From Pseudomonadota bacterium (lineage in GTDB: Bacteria > Pseudomonadota > Alphaproteobacteria > Rhodobacterales > Rhodobacteraceae): a stretch of 64,000 nt of DNA. This document shows positions 18,055-28,180 of the stretch, one piece after another. Made by a program: the position numbers and the translations under genes. Position 1 is the first letter of the stretch; every line of letters starts with the position of its first letter. A model generated the notes under the pieces. It was not told where the DNA came from, searched no databases, and saw only the letters and a program-made list of their open reading frames with translations. The DNA is taken from positions 15,044-79,043 of the forward strand of contig JBCBAC010000010.1 in assembly GCA_038532735.1 (NCBI GenBank), in the 5' to 3' direction.

Positions 18055-19260
18055 ATGGCGCTTGCCGAAGAAAACGCACCGGCTGGTTTCACCAATTTTG
18101 CGCTGTTGCTAGGGGCAAACGCGATCCTTGGCTCGGCCATGCCGATGATGATTATTCTGGGCGCACTGGCCGGGCTGATGATTGCGCCGACGCCGGGTCT
18201 GGCTACATTGCCTGCATCCGTCTCAACCCTTGCCGGGCTCGTCGCTGCTGCACCGTTCTCGCTGTTCATGGGGCGTTACGGGCGGCAAGCCGGGTTTATC
18301 CTTGGCGCTGCTGTCGCTGCCTTGGGCGGGGCCGCCGCTGTCGCAGGGGTGTTTCAAACGAGCTTCGCGCTGCTCCTGCTTGGGCATTTCGCATTGGGTG
18401 CTGCGCTTGCCTGCTTTCAGTTCTTCCGCTTTGCCGCAGCCGAGGTTGTACCGGAGCAATGGAAACCCGTTGCCATCTCCCTAATGCTCACCTCCGGATT
18501 GATCGCGGCTTTCGCGGGGCCAGAGGTTTTCGCCCGCACGAAAGACGCGCTTGAACCAATCCCCTTCGCAGGGGCCTACGGGGCCATCATCGTACTATGC
18601 GCGGTTGGTGTTCTCCCCCTGCTTTTCCTGCGCGGTCTTGGGCGGGGCGTCACGGCAGATACAACCGTCGAAACGCCCGTCGTCGATGTCCGCGCAGTTC
18701 TGCACAAGCCTGCTGTTGCAGTGGCCATCGCAGCGGCGGCGATTTCCCAAGGGGTGATGGTGCTCTTGATGGTGCCCACACCCATCGCCATGGTTGGGTG
18801 CGGCTTCAGCGAAGCCTCTGCCGGGGACGTTGTGCGTTGGCATGTGGTCGCGATGTTTGCGCCCAGCTTCTTTACAGGTTTTCTGATCAAGCGCTTTGGC
18901 GCGACATCCATTGTTATGACCGGACTTGCTTTGCTTGCCGCATCTGGTGCGATTGCCGCCACCGGGGTGACACTCCCGCATTTCTACACGTCGCTGATCG
19001 TGCTTGGCGTCGGATGGAATTTCGGGTTCATCGGCGCAACAAGCCTGCTGGCAGATGCGCTGGCCGCACATGAACGCCCAGCAATCCAAGGCATCAATGA
19101 TACGGTCATCGCGCTCTGCGCTTCGATCTGCGCGTTTGCGTCGGGTGCCATCGTCGGCACCGCCGGGTGGACAGTGCTTGTTTTGACCGCGCTGCCTATC
19201 GTTGGCCTGATGACCCTGATCGTACTGTGGAATGCACGCCACCAGCGCGCGGCGACCTAA
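18055..19260 (+). CDS. MFS transporter
   Basis: ORF 17944..19260 trimmed to ATG 18055 (AGGAAGGA RBS 8-9 nt upstream). About 12 TM helices. Confidence 0.85.
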   Translation: MALAEENAPAGFTNFALLLGANAILGSAMPMMIILGALAGLMIAPTPGLATLPASVSTLAGLVAAAPFSLFMGRYGRQAGFILGAAVAALGGAAAVAGVFQTSFALLLLGHFALGAALACFQFFRFAAAEVVPEQWKPVAISLMLTSGLIAAFAGPEVFARTKDALEPIPFAGAYGAIIVLCAVGVLPLLFLRGLGRGVTADTTVETPVVDVRAVLHKPAVAVAIAAAAISQGVMVLLMVPTPIAMVGCGFSEASAGDVVRWHVVAMFAPSFFTGFLIKRFGATSIVMTGLALLAASGAIAATGVTLPHFYTSLIVLGVGWNFGFIGATSLLADALAAHERPAIQGINDTVIALCASICAFASGAIVGTAGWTVLVLTALPIVGLMTLIVLWNARHQRAAT

Positions 19261-19263
19261 ACG

Positions 19264-20583
19264 TCAGAGCAAAGCGCCACGCAAGGAATTGGCACTGCTT
19301 TCGGTGATCCTCACCTTGCGGATATCGCCGCGCGCGACAGGTGCGTTATCCACATGCACCGCGTGAAGATATTCCGACTTGCCACCCATTTGCCCCTCCA
19401 GACGGCCGGGCTTTTCGAAAAGCACCTTCACCTCGCGCCCAACCATATTGTCCTGAATGCGGCGCTGTTGGGTCCAGAGCAGCTCTTGCAGGCGGTGTAG
19501 GCGATCTGTGGCAAGCGCATCGTCGATCTGCGGTTTTTCAGCGGCAGGCGTGCCGGGGCGGGTGGAGTATTTGAACGAATAGGCCTGACCGTATTCGACA
19601 GCCTCCACCAGCGCCATCGTGTCAGCGAAGTCCTGATCGGTCTCGCCAGGGAAGCCGATGATGAAATCGCCCGAAAGCAAAATATCGGGGCGCGCTGCGC
19701 GGATACGCTCAATCAGGCGGAGATATTCCTCAGCCGTGTGCTTGCGGTTCATCGCCTTGAGAATACTATCAGAGCCGGACTGCACCGGCAGATGCAGGTA
19801 GGGCATCAGCTTATCGCAGGTGCCGTGCGCCTCGATCAAGGCGTCGTCCATGTCGTTGGGGTGCGAGGTTGTGAAGCGGATCCGCTCCAACCCGTCAATC
19901 TTGTCGAGCGCCCAGATCAGCTGTGCCAGCGTCATATCACCGTCCGGGCCGATGCCGTGATAAGCGTTCACGTTCTGGCCTAGCAAAGTGATTTCGCGCA
20001 CGCCGCGTTCGACCAGATCGCGGGCCTCCGTCAGGATGCGGTCGACCGGGCGGCTGACTTCGGCCCCCCGAGTGTAAGGGACAACACAGAAAGCACAGAA
20101 CTTGTCGCAGCCTTCCTGCACGGTCAGAAATGCGGTTGGGCCGCGCTTGGCTTTGGGGCGGGCCTTAAGATGCTCGAACTTGTCTTCTTCGGGAAAATCC
20201 GTGTCGAGCGCCTTGTTGCCCTTCGAGACGGCCTCTTCCATAGCAGGCAGGCGGTGATAGCTTTGCGGTCCAACGACCAGATCGACCATCGGCTGGCGGC
20301 GCATGATCTCTTCGCCCTCGGCTTGAGCAACACAACCCGCCACGCCAATCTTCAGATCAGGCTTATCCGCCTTGAGGCCCTTGTAGCGTCCCAGTTCGGA
20401 ATAGATCTTCTCCGCCGCCTTCTCGCGAATATGGCAGGTATTCAGAAGGATCATATCCGCGTCATCAGGCGTCTTCGTCTCGACATACCCCTGCCCGGCC
20501 AGCGTTTCCGCCATGCGTTCGCTGTCATAGACGTTCATCTGACAGCCATAGGTTTTGATGTAGAGCTTCTTCGCGTCCGCCAT
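19264..20583 (-). CDS. miaB: tRNA-2-methylthio-N6-dimethylallyladenosine synthase
   Basis: ORF trimmed to ATG 20583 ([22 protein letters not shown]). Radical-SAM motif [15 protein letters not shown] and a TRAM domain at the C-terminus. Confidence 0.95.
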   Translation of the reverse strand: MADAKKLYIKTYGCQMNVYDSERMAETLAGQGYVETKTPDDADMILLNTCHIREKAAEKIYSELGRYKGLKADKPDLKIGVAGCVAQAEGEEIMRRQPMVDLVVGPQSYHRLPAMEEAVSKGNKALDTDFPEEDKFEHLKARPKAKRGPTAFLTVQEGCDKFCAFCVVPYTRGAEVSRPVDRILTEARDLVERGVREITLLGQNVNAYHGIGPDGDMTLAQLIWALDKIDGLERIRFTTSHPNDMDDALIEAHGTCDKLMPYLHLPVQSGSDSILKAMNRKHTAEEYLRLIERIRAARPDILLSGDFIIGFPGETDQDFADTMALVEAVEYGQAYSFKYSTRPGTPAAEKPQIDDALATDRLHRLQELLWTQQRRIQDNMVGREVKVLFEKPGRLEGQMGGKSEYLHAVHVDNAPVARGDIRKVRITESSANSLRGALL

Positions 20584-20684
20584 GTTCGCACCCTTTGTTT
20601 CGCGCCCGTATGTATCGCAGGGCAGCGCCCACTTGCAATGCGATGCCGCTTCGCCGATTTTAAACAAAAGAAGGCAGGCTAGGC

Positions 20685-21548
20685 ATGCAGTATCCCGATT
20701 TGAAATCCTTTCTGGCGCAGTCCAAGACCGTGCTCGCCAAAGGGCCTGTCGCGCTGATCCTGGCCGAGGATACCGCCGAACTCGACAGCACGATCCGTCA
20801 TCACGGGGATTGCGGGTTCAAACAGGTTTGCGTTTTCGCGCAACCCGAACTTGAGGTGCCGGAGGATCTGGTCTCGAATTTGCATGTCGTTCCCTATGAC
20901 CACACCGCCGAACGCTCGATGGAGACGCTGATCAACACGGTGATCGCAGCGGCTGGGGATATCTGGCTCTATTACTGCTTCAACGCCGAATACCTGTTTC
21001 ACCCTTTCAGCGAGAGCCGGACCGTCTCCGAGATGATCGCCTTCGTCACCGAGGAGCGGCGCGATACGGTGCTGACCTATGTTGTTGATCTTTATGCTGG
21101 CGATCTGGGCCGGCATCCCAACGCCGTCAGCATAGAAGACGCACATATGGATCGCTCTGGCTATTATGCGCTGAGCCGGAAGGACAAATGGAACAATGAC
21201 AAGGACCGCCAGATGGATTTCTTTGGTGGTCTGCGTTGGCGGTTTGAGGAGCATATCCCCGCGCCCCGTCGCCGGATCGATCGGGTATCGCTTTTCCGGG
21301 CCAAGCCCGGGCTTAAAATCGCGTCAGACCACACGTTCAATGACGAGGAATATAATACGTTCGCCTGCCCGTGGCATCATAGCCCGACGGCAGCACTCGC
21401 GTCTTTCCGGACAGCAAAAGCGCTGAAGCTGAACCCGGGTAGTACCTTTGATATTGAGACATTCCGCTGGCACAACTCGACCCCGTTCGAGTGGCATTCG
21501 CAGCAATTGCTGGATTTGGGTCTCATGGAGCCCGGTCAGTGGTTTTAG
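20685..21548 (+). CDS. conserved hypothetical protein (no family recognised)
   Basis: 287-aa ORF with ATG and an AAGGCAGG RBS. Third positions are G/C-rich. Soluble, rich in Trp/His/Phe motifs ([33 protein letters not shown]). Divergent from miaB. Confidence 0.7.
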   Translation: MQYPDLKSFLAQSKTVLAKGPVALILAEDTAELDSTIRHHGDCGFKQVCVFAQPELEVPEDLVSNLHVVPYDHTAERSMETLINTVIAAAGDIWLYYCFNAEYLFHPFSESRTVSEMIAFVTEERRDTVLTYVVDLYAGDLGRHPNAVSIEDAHMDRSGYYALSRKDKWNNDKDRQMDFFGGLRWRFEEHIPAPRRRIDRVSLFRAKPGLKIASDHTFNDEEYNTFACPWHHSPTAALASFRTAKALKLNPGSTFDIETFRWHNSTPFEWHSQQLLDLGLMEPGQWF

Positions 21549-21577
21549 CGGGCTCTGCACAGATCTGTTGCTAAAAC

Positions 21578-21612
21578 GACCGCCTACGGCGGACATGATT
21601 TATTTGTTTCTG
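21578..21612 (+). terminator. possible terminator after the 20685..21548 gene
   Basis: Short stem CCGCC-TAC-GGCGG (21580-21592) followed by the T-rich stretch ATGATTTATTTGTTTC. The stem is weak. Confidence 0.3.
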
Positions 21613-21644
21613 CCTTTTCAGACAGAATCAGTTTTGCCTTCGGC

Positions 21645-21668
21645 GAGGATATTTTGAAAAAGCGAAAG
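21645..21668. repeat. solo arm of the intergenic repeat family
   Basis: GAGGATATTTTGAAAAAGCGAAAG matches the arms at 11255-11276 (complement) and 63144-63164 (complement). It is preceded by the GCCTTCGGC mini-hairpin. Confidence 0.45.
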
Positions 21669-21679
21669 CGGGGTGCGCT

Positions 21680-22096
21680 TTACTTGCGACGCAGGCGAAT
21701 GACCACGTCAACCTTTGCAATCTCTGCACCTTCGGGTGCATCCGGCAATGCGGCGATTTCAAGCTGAGACGCTGGCGCATCGCTGAGCGTGTTGTCGTCT
21801 TCCCAATAGAAATGCGGATGATCCGTCATGTTGGTGTCGAAATAGCTTTTGGAGCCATCCACCGTTATTTCACGCATCAAACCGGCATCGCAGAAAGTCC
21901 GTAACGTGTTATACACCGTCGCCAGAGAGACCCGTTCACCAGAAGCGCTGCACGCCTCATAGAGGCCCTCTGCTGTGACGTGACGATCCTTGCCATCACC
22001 CACAAGCAGCGTCGCCAGAGACACGCGCTGCCGCGTTGGGCGCACGTTCGCGGTGGTCAGCCAATCTGTTCCTCGGGTCGTTGCGTCCTGGGTCAT
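21680..22096 (-). CDS. irr: Fur-family iron response regulator (Irr-like)
   Basis: 138 aa. Fur-type winged helix (RPTRQRVSLATLL...HVTAEGLYEA...SLATVYNTLRTF). Lacks the C-terminal CxxC pairs. Divergent from fabA, as in other alphaproteobacteria. Confidence 0.75.
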   Translation of the reverse strand: MTQDATTRGTDWLTTANVRPTRQRVSLATLLVGDGKDRHVTAEGLYEACSASGERVSLATVYNTLRTFCDAGLMREITVDGSKSYFDTNMTDHPHFYWEDDNTLSDAPASQLEIAALPDAPEGAEIAKVDVVIRLRRK

Positions 22097-22269
22097 AGCC
22101 TTGGTCCGTTACCTCTCTGGGGTAATATAGGGCGTCGCAGGGGTAGAATTCAATTGATATTCAGTCGCATTACGGCAGGCCGCGCGCCATGCGCCACACT
22201 TGCCAGTGGTTCATGCGCGATGTTAAGGGGCTGCGGAACGGGAAAAAGCGACAAAAGGGGCGCGCCAGA

Positions 22270-22782
22270 ATGGCCCAATATCCGACAAGTTTCGACAAGG
22301 ACGATCTGCTGAAATGCGCGCGGGGTGAGCTCTTTGGCCCCGGTAACGCGCAATTGCCGCTCCCACCGATGCTGATGATGGACCGCATCACCGACATTTC
22401 CGGCGATGGCGGCGCGCATGGCAAGGGCCATGTGGTGGCGGAGTTCGATATTACCCCGGATCTTTGGTTCTTTGATTGCCATTTTCCCGGCAATCCAGTG
22501 ATGCCCGGCTGTTTGGGGCTCGATGGGTTGTGGCAGCTGACGGGCTTCAATCTCGGTTGGCGCGGCTGGCAGGGCCAAGGGTTCGCTTTGGGCGTCGGCG
22601 AAGTAAAGCTGACGGGCATGGTCAAACCCGACCGCAAGATGATCACCTATTACGTGGATTTCACGCGCGTCATTGACCGCCGTCTGAAGATGGGTGTTGC
22701 CGATGGTCGTGTGGAAGCGGATGGCGAAGTGATCTATGCTGTCAAAGATATGAAGGTCGGTCTCGCAACCGCCGAAAGCTAA
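22270..22782 (+). CDS. fabA: 3-hydroxydecanoyl-ACP dehydratase/isomerase
   Basis: ORF trimmed to ATG 22270 ([40 protein letters not shown]). Active-site region [19 protein letters not shown]. Confidence 0.95.
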   Translation: MAQYPTSFDKDDLLKCARGELFGPGNAQLPLPPMLMMDRITDISGDGGAHGKGHVVAEFDITPDLWFFDCHFPGNPVMPGCLGLDGLWQLTGFNLGWRGWQGQGFALGVGEVKLTGMVKPDRKMITYYVDFTRVIDRRLKMGVADGRVEADGEVIYAVKDMKVGLATAES

Positions 22783-22800
22783 GCCAAAGGGAGCCGCAGG

Positions 22801-24027
22801 ATGCGTCGCGTCGTTATCACCGGAATGGGGATCATCTCACCCATTGGAAATACCTTGGCCGAGGTTGAAGCCTCTTTGCGGGCTGGCAAATCCGGCATCG
22901 CGGCAGAGCCACATTATGCCGAGCATGGATTCCGGAGCCAGATCGCGGGGATCCCGCAGATTGATCTGGCTGAGCATATCGACAAGCGCCAGCTGCGCTT
23001 TCAGGGGCCGACCGCGTCTTATGCGTATCTGGCGATGGAGCAAGCGGTGGCTGATAGCGGGCTGGAACCGCACGAGGTCTCCAATGAGCGCACGGGCTTG
23101 ATCGCAGGCTCTGGCGGGCCGTCGACTAGCAATCTGTTCGCTGCACATAATATAGTCGTCGAAAAAGGCGCGCCCAAGCGGATGGGACCGTTCATGGTGA
23201 CGCGGGGCATGTCCTCGACAGTGAGCGCGTGCTTGGCGACACCTTTCAAGATCAAGGGCATCAACTATTCGATCACCTCGGCCTGTTCGACCAGCGCCCA
23301 TTGCATAGGCAACGCGGTGGAGCAAATCCAGCTGGGCAAGCAAGACGTCGTATTCGCCGGTGGCGGCGAAGAAGTCGACTGGACGCTCAGCTGTCTGTTT
23401 GACGCCATGGGTGCGATGTCGAGCAAGTATAACGACACGCCGGAAACGGCGTCGCGTCCCTTCGATGCAACCCGTGATGGCTTTGTCATTGGCGGCGGCG
23501 GCGGCATGGTCGTTCTGGAAGAGCTTGAGCACGCCAAAGCGCGCGGCGCCAAGATTTACGCCGAAGTCACAGGCTATGGTGCCACGTCCGACGGGCACGA
23601 TATGGTTGCGCCGTCTGGTGAAGGTGGTGAGCGGTCGATGAAAGTCGCGATCTCGACCATCGGCGACCGCAAGGTAGACTACATCAACGCCCATGGCACC
23701 TCGACCCCCGCAGGTGACGTGACCGAAGTGGAAGCCGTCCGCCGCGTCTTTGGCGAGGGCAGCACACCGCCCATCGCCTCGACCAAATCGCTGACAGGGC
23801 ATAGCCTCGGCGCGACCGGCGTGCATGAAGCGATCTATTCGCTGATCATGATGGAAAACGACTTCATCGCCGCGTCCGCAAACATCACCGAACTGGATCC
23901 CGCACTAAACGAGGGTGAGATCGTGACCGAGTTCCGCGAGGGCGTGACACTTGATACGGTCCTATCCAACAGCTTCGGCTTCGGCGGCACCAACGCCACG
24001 CTCGTCATGAGCAAATATCACGGATAA
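22801..24027 (+). CDS. fabB: 3-oxoacyl-ACP synthase I
   Basis: 408 aa. Ketosynthase signatures ([27 protein letters not shown]). Confidence 0.95.
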   Translation: MRRVVITGMGIISPIGNTLAEVEASLRAGKSGIAAEPHYAEHGFRSQIAGIPQIDLAEHIDKRQLRFQGPTASYAYLAMEQAVADSGLEPHEVSNERTGLIAGSGGPSTSNLFAAHNIVVEKGAPKRMGPFMVTRGMSSTVSACLATPFKIKGINYSITSACSTSAHCIGNAVEQIQLGKQDVVFAGGGEEVDWTLSCLFDAMGAMSSKYNDTPETASRPFDATRDGFVIGGGGGMVVLEELEHAKARGAKIYAEVTGYGATSDGHDMVAPSGEGGERSMKVAISTIGDRKVDYINAHGTSTPAGDVTEVEAVRRVFGEGSTPPIASTKSLTGHSLGATGVHEAIYSLIMMENDFIAASANITELDPALNEGEIVTEFREGVTLDTVLSNSFGFGGTNATLVMSKYHG

Positions 24028-24821
24028 TGAGCATGTCGGATCTGATGAAGGGCAAACGCGGCCTGATTATGGGCGTGGCCAATGAACGCTCCATCGCGTG
24101 GGGCATCGCAAAGGCAATGGCCGATGCAGGCGCGGAACTGGCCTTCACCTATCAGGGCGAGGCGTTCGGCAAACGGGTGGAGCCGCTGGCAGCTTCGGTT
24201 GGCTCAGACATTCTAGTGGATGTTGATGTGACCGATGACGCCTCGCTGGATGCAGCTTTTGAAACGCTGGCTCAGAAATGGGGCAAGCTGGATTTCGTTG
24301 TCCACGCGATCGCGTTCTCTGACAAATCCGAACTGACAGGGCGCTTTCTGAACACCTCGCGCGAGAATTTCAAAACCTCGCTTGAGATCAGCTGTTACTC
24401 CCTCATCGAAGTCACCCGCCGCGCGCATCCGCTGATGAGCGACGGTGGCACGATTCTGACGCTGACCTACCAAGGCTCCAACCGCGTGACACCGTTCTAT
24501 AACGTGATGGGTGTCGCCAAGGCCGCGCTGGAGTCGACCGTGCGCTACCTGGCCAATGATCTGGGCCCCGACGGTATCCGCGTGAACGCGATCTCACCTG
24601 GTCCGATGAAAACGCTGGCCGGTGCGGCCATTGGCGGCGCGCGCAAGACCTACCGCCAAACGGAGCAAAATGCGCCTCTGCGCGCTAATGCCACCCTCGA
24701 AGCGGTTGGCGGCACCGCACTTTATCTGGCCTCCGATCACGGCGCCTGCACCACCGGAGAGATTATCCGCGTGGATGGCGGCTATCACGTACTCGGCATG
24801 CCGCAGCCGGAGAACCTCTAG
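24027..24821 (+). CDS. fabI: enoyl-ACP reductase (NADH)
   Basis: 264 aa. LMKGKRGLIMGVANERSIAWGIA N-terminus and YNVMGVAKAALE catalytic motif. The ATG overlaps the fabB TAA. Confidence 0.95.
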   Translation: MSMSDLMKGKRGLIMGVANERSIAWGIAKAMADAGAELAFTYQGEAFGKRVEPLAASVGSDILVDVDVTDDASLDAAFETLAQKWGKLDFVVHAIAFSDKSELTGRFLNTSRENFKTSLEISCYSLIEVTRRAHPLMSDGGTILTLTYQGSNRVTPFYNVMGVAKAALESTVRYLANDLGPDGIRVNAISPGPMKTLAGAAIGGARKTYRQTEQNAPLRANATLEAVGGTALYLASDHGACTTGEIIRVDGGYHVLGMPQPENL

Positions 24822-24822
24822 G

Positions 24823-24844
24823 CTTCTTTTGTCCTCAAATACCT
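24823..24844. repeat. solo arm of the intergenic repeat family
   Basis: CTTCTTTTGTCCTCAAATACCT, 2 nt after the fabI stop. Near-identical to 35237-35258 and 59341-59362. Confidence 0.5.
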
Positions 24845-24854
24845 GAAACGTGCG

Positions 24855-25241
24855 TCATTCCATCGGCGCGTCGCTGGGTGTCATGATCCCGACCGCAGCC
24901 CCGGTCGGATCAGCAACAATGGCAATGCGCCCCACCCCCTGCACATCAAAGCAATCACGATAAATCTGGCCACTCGCCTCGCGGGTTTGCGCAACGGCCT
25001 TGTCCACATCATCGACGGCCAAGTAGGTCAGCCAATGGGACGGCGTCCCCTTGTGCATCATCTCCATGCCCATGATGCCGACCATTGGCCGGTCCCCGAC
25101 CATGCCGATATGATAATCGCCTTCGGGCATCGGCATCATGTCAAAACGCCAGCCGCAAACCTGACTGTAATACTCCAACGCTTTCGGCACGTCGCGGGTC
25201 ATCAACTCGCTCCAATGCACGGTTCCATGTGTCTCGGACAT
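24855..25241 (-). CDS. VOC (glyoxalase/bleomycin-resistance) family protein
   Basis: 128 aa. WSELMTRDVPKALEYYSQVCGW and GRIAIVADPTGAAVGI are typical of the VOC fold. Confidence 0.85.
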   Translation of the reverse strand: MSETHGTVHWSELMTRDVPKALEYYSQVCGWRFDMMPMPEGDYHIGMVGDRPMVGIMGMEMMHKGTPSHWLTYLAVDDVDKAVAQTREASGQIYRDCFDVQGVGRIAIVADPTGAAVGIMTPSDAPME

Positions 25242-25302
25242 CTGTCTTGGCCCCCTCGATCAGACTGCCAACACAGCCTAACAGGTTCTGCGCCATTTTG
25301 CG

Positions 25303-25536
25303 CTAGGCCAGCATCCGCGCGATCTCGTCTTTGAGCCGCATCCGCTCTTTGCGCAGATCTTCCTCGGCAAAGCGGTCCATCGGCTCCACATTCGTCTCCG
25401 CCCGGTGAATAGTGCGGTTCACCTCGTGATAGGCCTCCGCCAGCTTGGCAAAATGCGCATCGCTCTCTTTCAGCGCCTGCATCGCAGCGATCTTGTCGGG
25501 AAATTCCTCGGCAAGTTCATGAGGTGTGTTGGACAT
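25303..25536 (-). CDS. DUF465 (YdcH-like) protein
   Basis: ORF trimmed to ATG 25536 (GGAAGGGAG RBS). A 77-aa helical protein ending LRKERMRLKDEIARMLA. Confidence 0.8.
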   Translation of the reverse strand: MSNTPHELAEEFPDKIAAMQALKESDAHFAKLAEAYHEVNRTIHRAETNVEPMDRFAEEDLRKERMRLKDEIARMLA

Positions 25537-25691
25537 TGGCGTGCTCCCTTCCTGCTGTCTTCCCTCAAAGCTAGCAGCCGCGCTGCGAACAACCTTGATG
25601 TGCATCAATCCCCAAGCGCGTAAGAGTTTTCAGCAAAGCTCTTTTCAAAGTTCCTCAAACGCGTTTTGCTCAGGTCAGATCGAAAGGGAGC

Positions 25692-26381
25692 ATGATGACC
25701 ATCAAGACCTGTATCTTTGACGCCTATGGGACCCTGTTCGATGTCACAGCCGCCGCGCGTGAGGCGGCAGAAGAGCCCGGCAATGAAGCTCTGAAAGACT
25801 GTTGGCAGAGCCTCGCTGCCCATTGGCGCGACAAACAGTTGCAATACACGTGGCTGCGGGCGGTGACCGGCGATCACGTCAATTTCTGGCAAGTCACCCA
25901 AGACGGTCTGGACTGGGCAATGGAGGTCACAGGTCTAACCGGCCCTGCCCTGCGCGAACGGCTTCTGGCGCTCTATTGGGAGCTTTCCGCCTATGCAGAG
26001 GTGCCAGATATGCTGGCGAGCTTGAAAGCGAACGGCTTTGATACTGGCATCTTGTCAAATGGCTCGCCTGATATGCTGAGCGGCGCTGTGGAGAGCGCCG
26101 GTTTGGACGGGCTTCTGGACGCCGTGCTGAGCGTCGAGGCTGTCGGTGTCTTCAAGCCCAACGCGCGGGTATATGACATGGTCGAGGCCCGCTTTGGCAC
26201 AAAGCGGGACGAGGTGCTGTTCGTCTCCTCCAATGGGTGGGACGCAGCGGCAGCAGCGGCCTATGGCTTTCAGACCGTTTGGGTAAACCGCGCCGGGCTG
26301 CCGATGGACCGGCTGCCGGGAACGCCGGCCCAGGTTCTGTCTGACCTCACGAGAATTCCTGATCTCGCAAGGAGCCTTTAG
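25692..26381 (+). CDS. haloacid dehalogenase type II (HAD superfamily)
   Basis: 229 aa. Nucleophile motif CIFDAYGTLFDV, ILSNGS and FVSSNGWDAAAA motifs. Confidence 0.9.
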   Translation: MMTIKTCIFDAYGTLFDVTAAAREAAEEPGNEALKDCWQSLAAHWRDKQLQYTWLRAVTGDHVNFWQVTQDGLDWAMEVTGLTGPALRERLLALYWELSAYAEVPDMLASLKANGFDTGILSNGSPDMLSGAVESAGLDGLLDAVLSVEAVGVFKPNARVYDMVEARFGTKRDEVLFVSSNGWDAAAAAAYGFQTVWVNRAGLPMDRLPGTPAQVLSDLTRIPDLARSL

Positions 26382-27203
26382 ATGCCCAACTTCACCACAT
26401 CAGACGGGCTCTCCCTGCACTACACCGATGAAGGTCAGGGCTTGCCGATCATTTGCTTGGCTGGGCTGACCCGAAACGGATCCGACTTTGACTATGTTGC
26501 ACCTTTTTTGACAGATCTCCGCCTGATCCGGCTGGATTATCGCGGACGTGGGCAATCGGATTGGGCTGATGACTATTTGACATATTCGATTCCTATAGAG
26601 GGTCGCGACTGTGTTGAATTGATGGATTATCTTGGGTTGAAGCGCGCGGCGATCCTTGGCACGTCCCGCGGCGGGCTGATCTCGATGGCTCTTGCCGCAA
26701 CGGTGAAGGACCGGCTGATCGGCGTTGCTTTGAATGACATTGGTCCTTATCTGGACCCCGCCGGGCTCGAGGTGATCAAAAACTATATCGGGCGCAATCC
26801 ACCGCAAAAAACCTATGCGGAGGCCGCGGCTGTGCGGGAGACTATGCCGGGCTTTGCCAATGTCCCTGAGGGACGCTGGCTAGAGGAAGTGCGCAAGCAA
26901 TTTCGCGAAACCGAAGACGGTTTGGTGATCCGCTATGATCCTAAACTACGCGATGCAGTCCTGGATGCAGGCGCGCAACCCGCGCCAGACCTGTGGCAGC
27001 TCTTCGACGCGTTCGAGGGTTTGCCCCTATGCGCAATCCGAGGCGCGAATTCGGACCTCTTGAGCGCGGAGACCTTAGCCGAAATGCAACGCCGGCGCCC
27101 GGATATGATCACGGCAGTCGTGCCAGACCGTGCTCATATTCCTTTTCTCGATGAACCCGAATCCATCGCAGCCCTGCGCCGCTGGATCGAGGCCATGCAA
27201 TGA
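26382..27203 (+). CDS. alpha/beta-fold hydrolase
   Basis: 273 aa. Nucleophile elbow GTSRGG. The start directly abuts the upstream TAG. Confidence 0.85.
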   Translation: MPNFTTSDGLSLHYTDEGQGLPIICLAGLTRNGSDFDYVAPFLTDLRLIRLDYRGRGQSDWADDYLTYSIPIEGRDCVELMDYLGLKRAAILGTSRGGLISMALAATVKDRLIGVALNDIGPYLDPAGLEVIKNYIGRNPPQKTYAEAAAVRETMPGFANVPEGRWLEEVRKQFRETEDGLVIRYDPKLRDAVLDAGAQPAPDLWQLFDAFEGLPLCAIRGANSDLLSAETLAEMQRRRPDMITAVVPDRAHIPFLDEPESIAALRRWIEAMQ

Positions 27204-28180
27204 ATATCGAGATGATCCGCGCGGCACAAACGCGGCTGGAGGGTCATGCGCGGCGCACGCCCCTGCTTAGTTCACCATTTCTGGACGAGGTCGCCGGGCG
27301 GCGCGTGCTTTTGAAGGCCGAGAACCTGCAACATACCGGGTCGTTCAAATTCCGCGGTGGCTGGTCGGCTGTCTCGGCACTGCCAGGGGCGCAGCGCAAG
27401 GCGGGGGTCATCGCTTTTTCCTCGGGTAACCACGCACAAGGGGTCGCTTTGGCCGCGCGTGAGCACTCCAGCACCGCCGTGATCGTCATGCCTTCCAACG
27501 CACCACAAACCAAAATCGACGCAACCCGCGCATTGGGGGCCGAGGTCGTCCTTTACGACCGCGCAACAGAGGATCGCAAAGCCATCGGAGAGGCCTTGGC
27601 AAGCGAGCGTGGATTGACACTGATCGAGCCCTTCGACAACGCCGAAGTGATCGCCGGGCAAGGCACAACGGGCCTTGAGATCGCGGATCAAGCCCGCGAT
27701 GCGGGGGTTACAGAGGCGGAGGTTCTGGTTTGCTGCGGTGGGGGCGGTTTTACATCTGGTATCGCCCTGGCTTTGGAGGCCGAAGCGCCCAAGATGCGTG
27801 TCCGCCCCGTTGAGCCGGAAGGGTTTGACGATGTCGCAAGATCGCTCAAGTCTGGGCGGCGAGAGATAAATGCCGCCATGAGCGGGTCGATCTGCGATGC
27901 GATTATCTCTCCACAACCGGGAGAGATCACCTTCCCCATCCTGCAGCGTCTATGCGGCCCCGGGATTGTCGTCACCGATGCTGAATGCCTTCATGCCATG
28001 GCTTATGCGTTTGCGCGGCTGAAGCTGGTCTTGGAACCGGGCGGGGCAGCCGCTCTCGCAGGGGCGCTCTTTCATGGGGATGAGATTACAGGCAACGCCG
28101 TGATCTGCACGGCCTCCGGCGGAAATGTCGACGCACCGATGTTTCAACGCGCACTCACCGAGTTTGGAGATAAAGTATGA
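27200..28180 (+). CDS. PLP-dependent threonine/serine dehydratase family (fold type II)
   Basis: 326 aa. PLP-lysine motif HTGSFKFRGG, SSGNHAQGVA and CCGGGGF loops. ATGA overlap with the upstream gene. Confidence 0.9.
   Translation: MNIEMIRAAQTRLEGHARRTPLLSSPFLDEVAGRRVLLKAENLQHTGSFKFRGGWSAVSALPGAQRKAGVIAFSSGNHAQGVALAAREHSSTAVIVMPSNAPQTKIDATRALGAEVVLYDRATEDRKAIGEALASERGLTLIEPFDNAEVIAGQGTTGLEIADQARDAGVTEAEVLVCCGGGGFTSGIALALEAEAPKMRVRPVEPEGFDDVARSLKSGRREINAAMSGSICDAIISPQPGEITFPILQRLCGPGIVVTDAECLHAMAYAFARLKLVLEPGGAAALAGALFHGDEITGNAVICTASGGNVDAPMFQRALTEFGDKV

Noticed and set aside
22837-23826. A 329-aa ORF antisense to fabB.
   Set aside because: It is a shadow ORF of a canonical ketosynthase gene with no independent coding signal.
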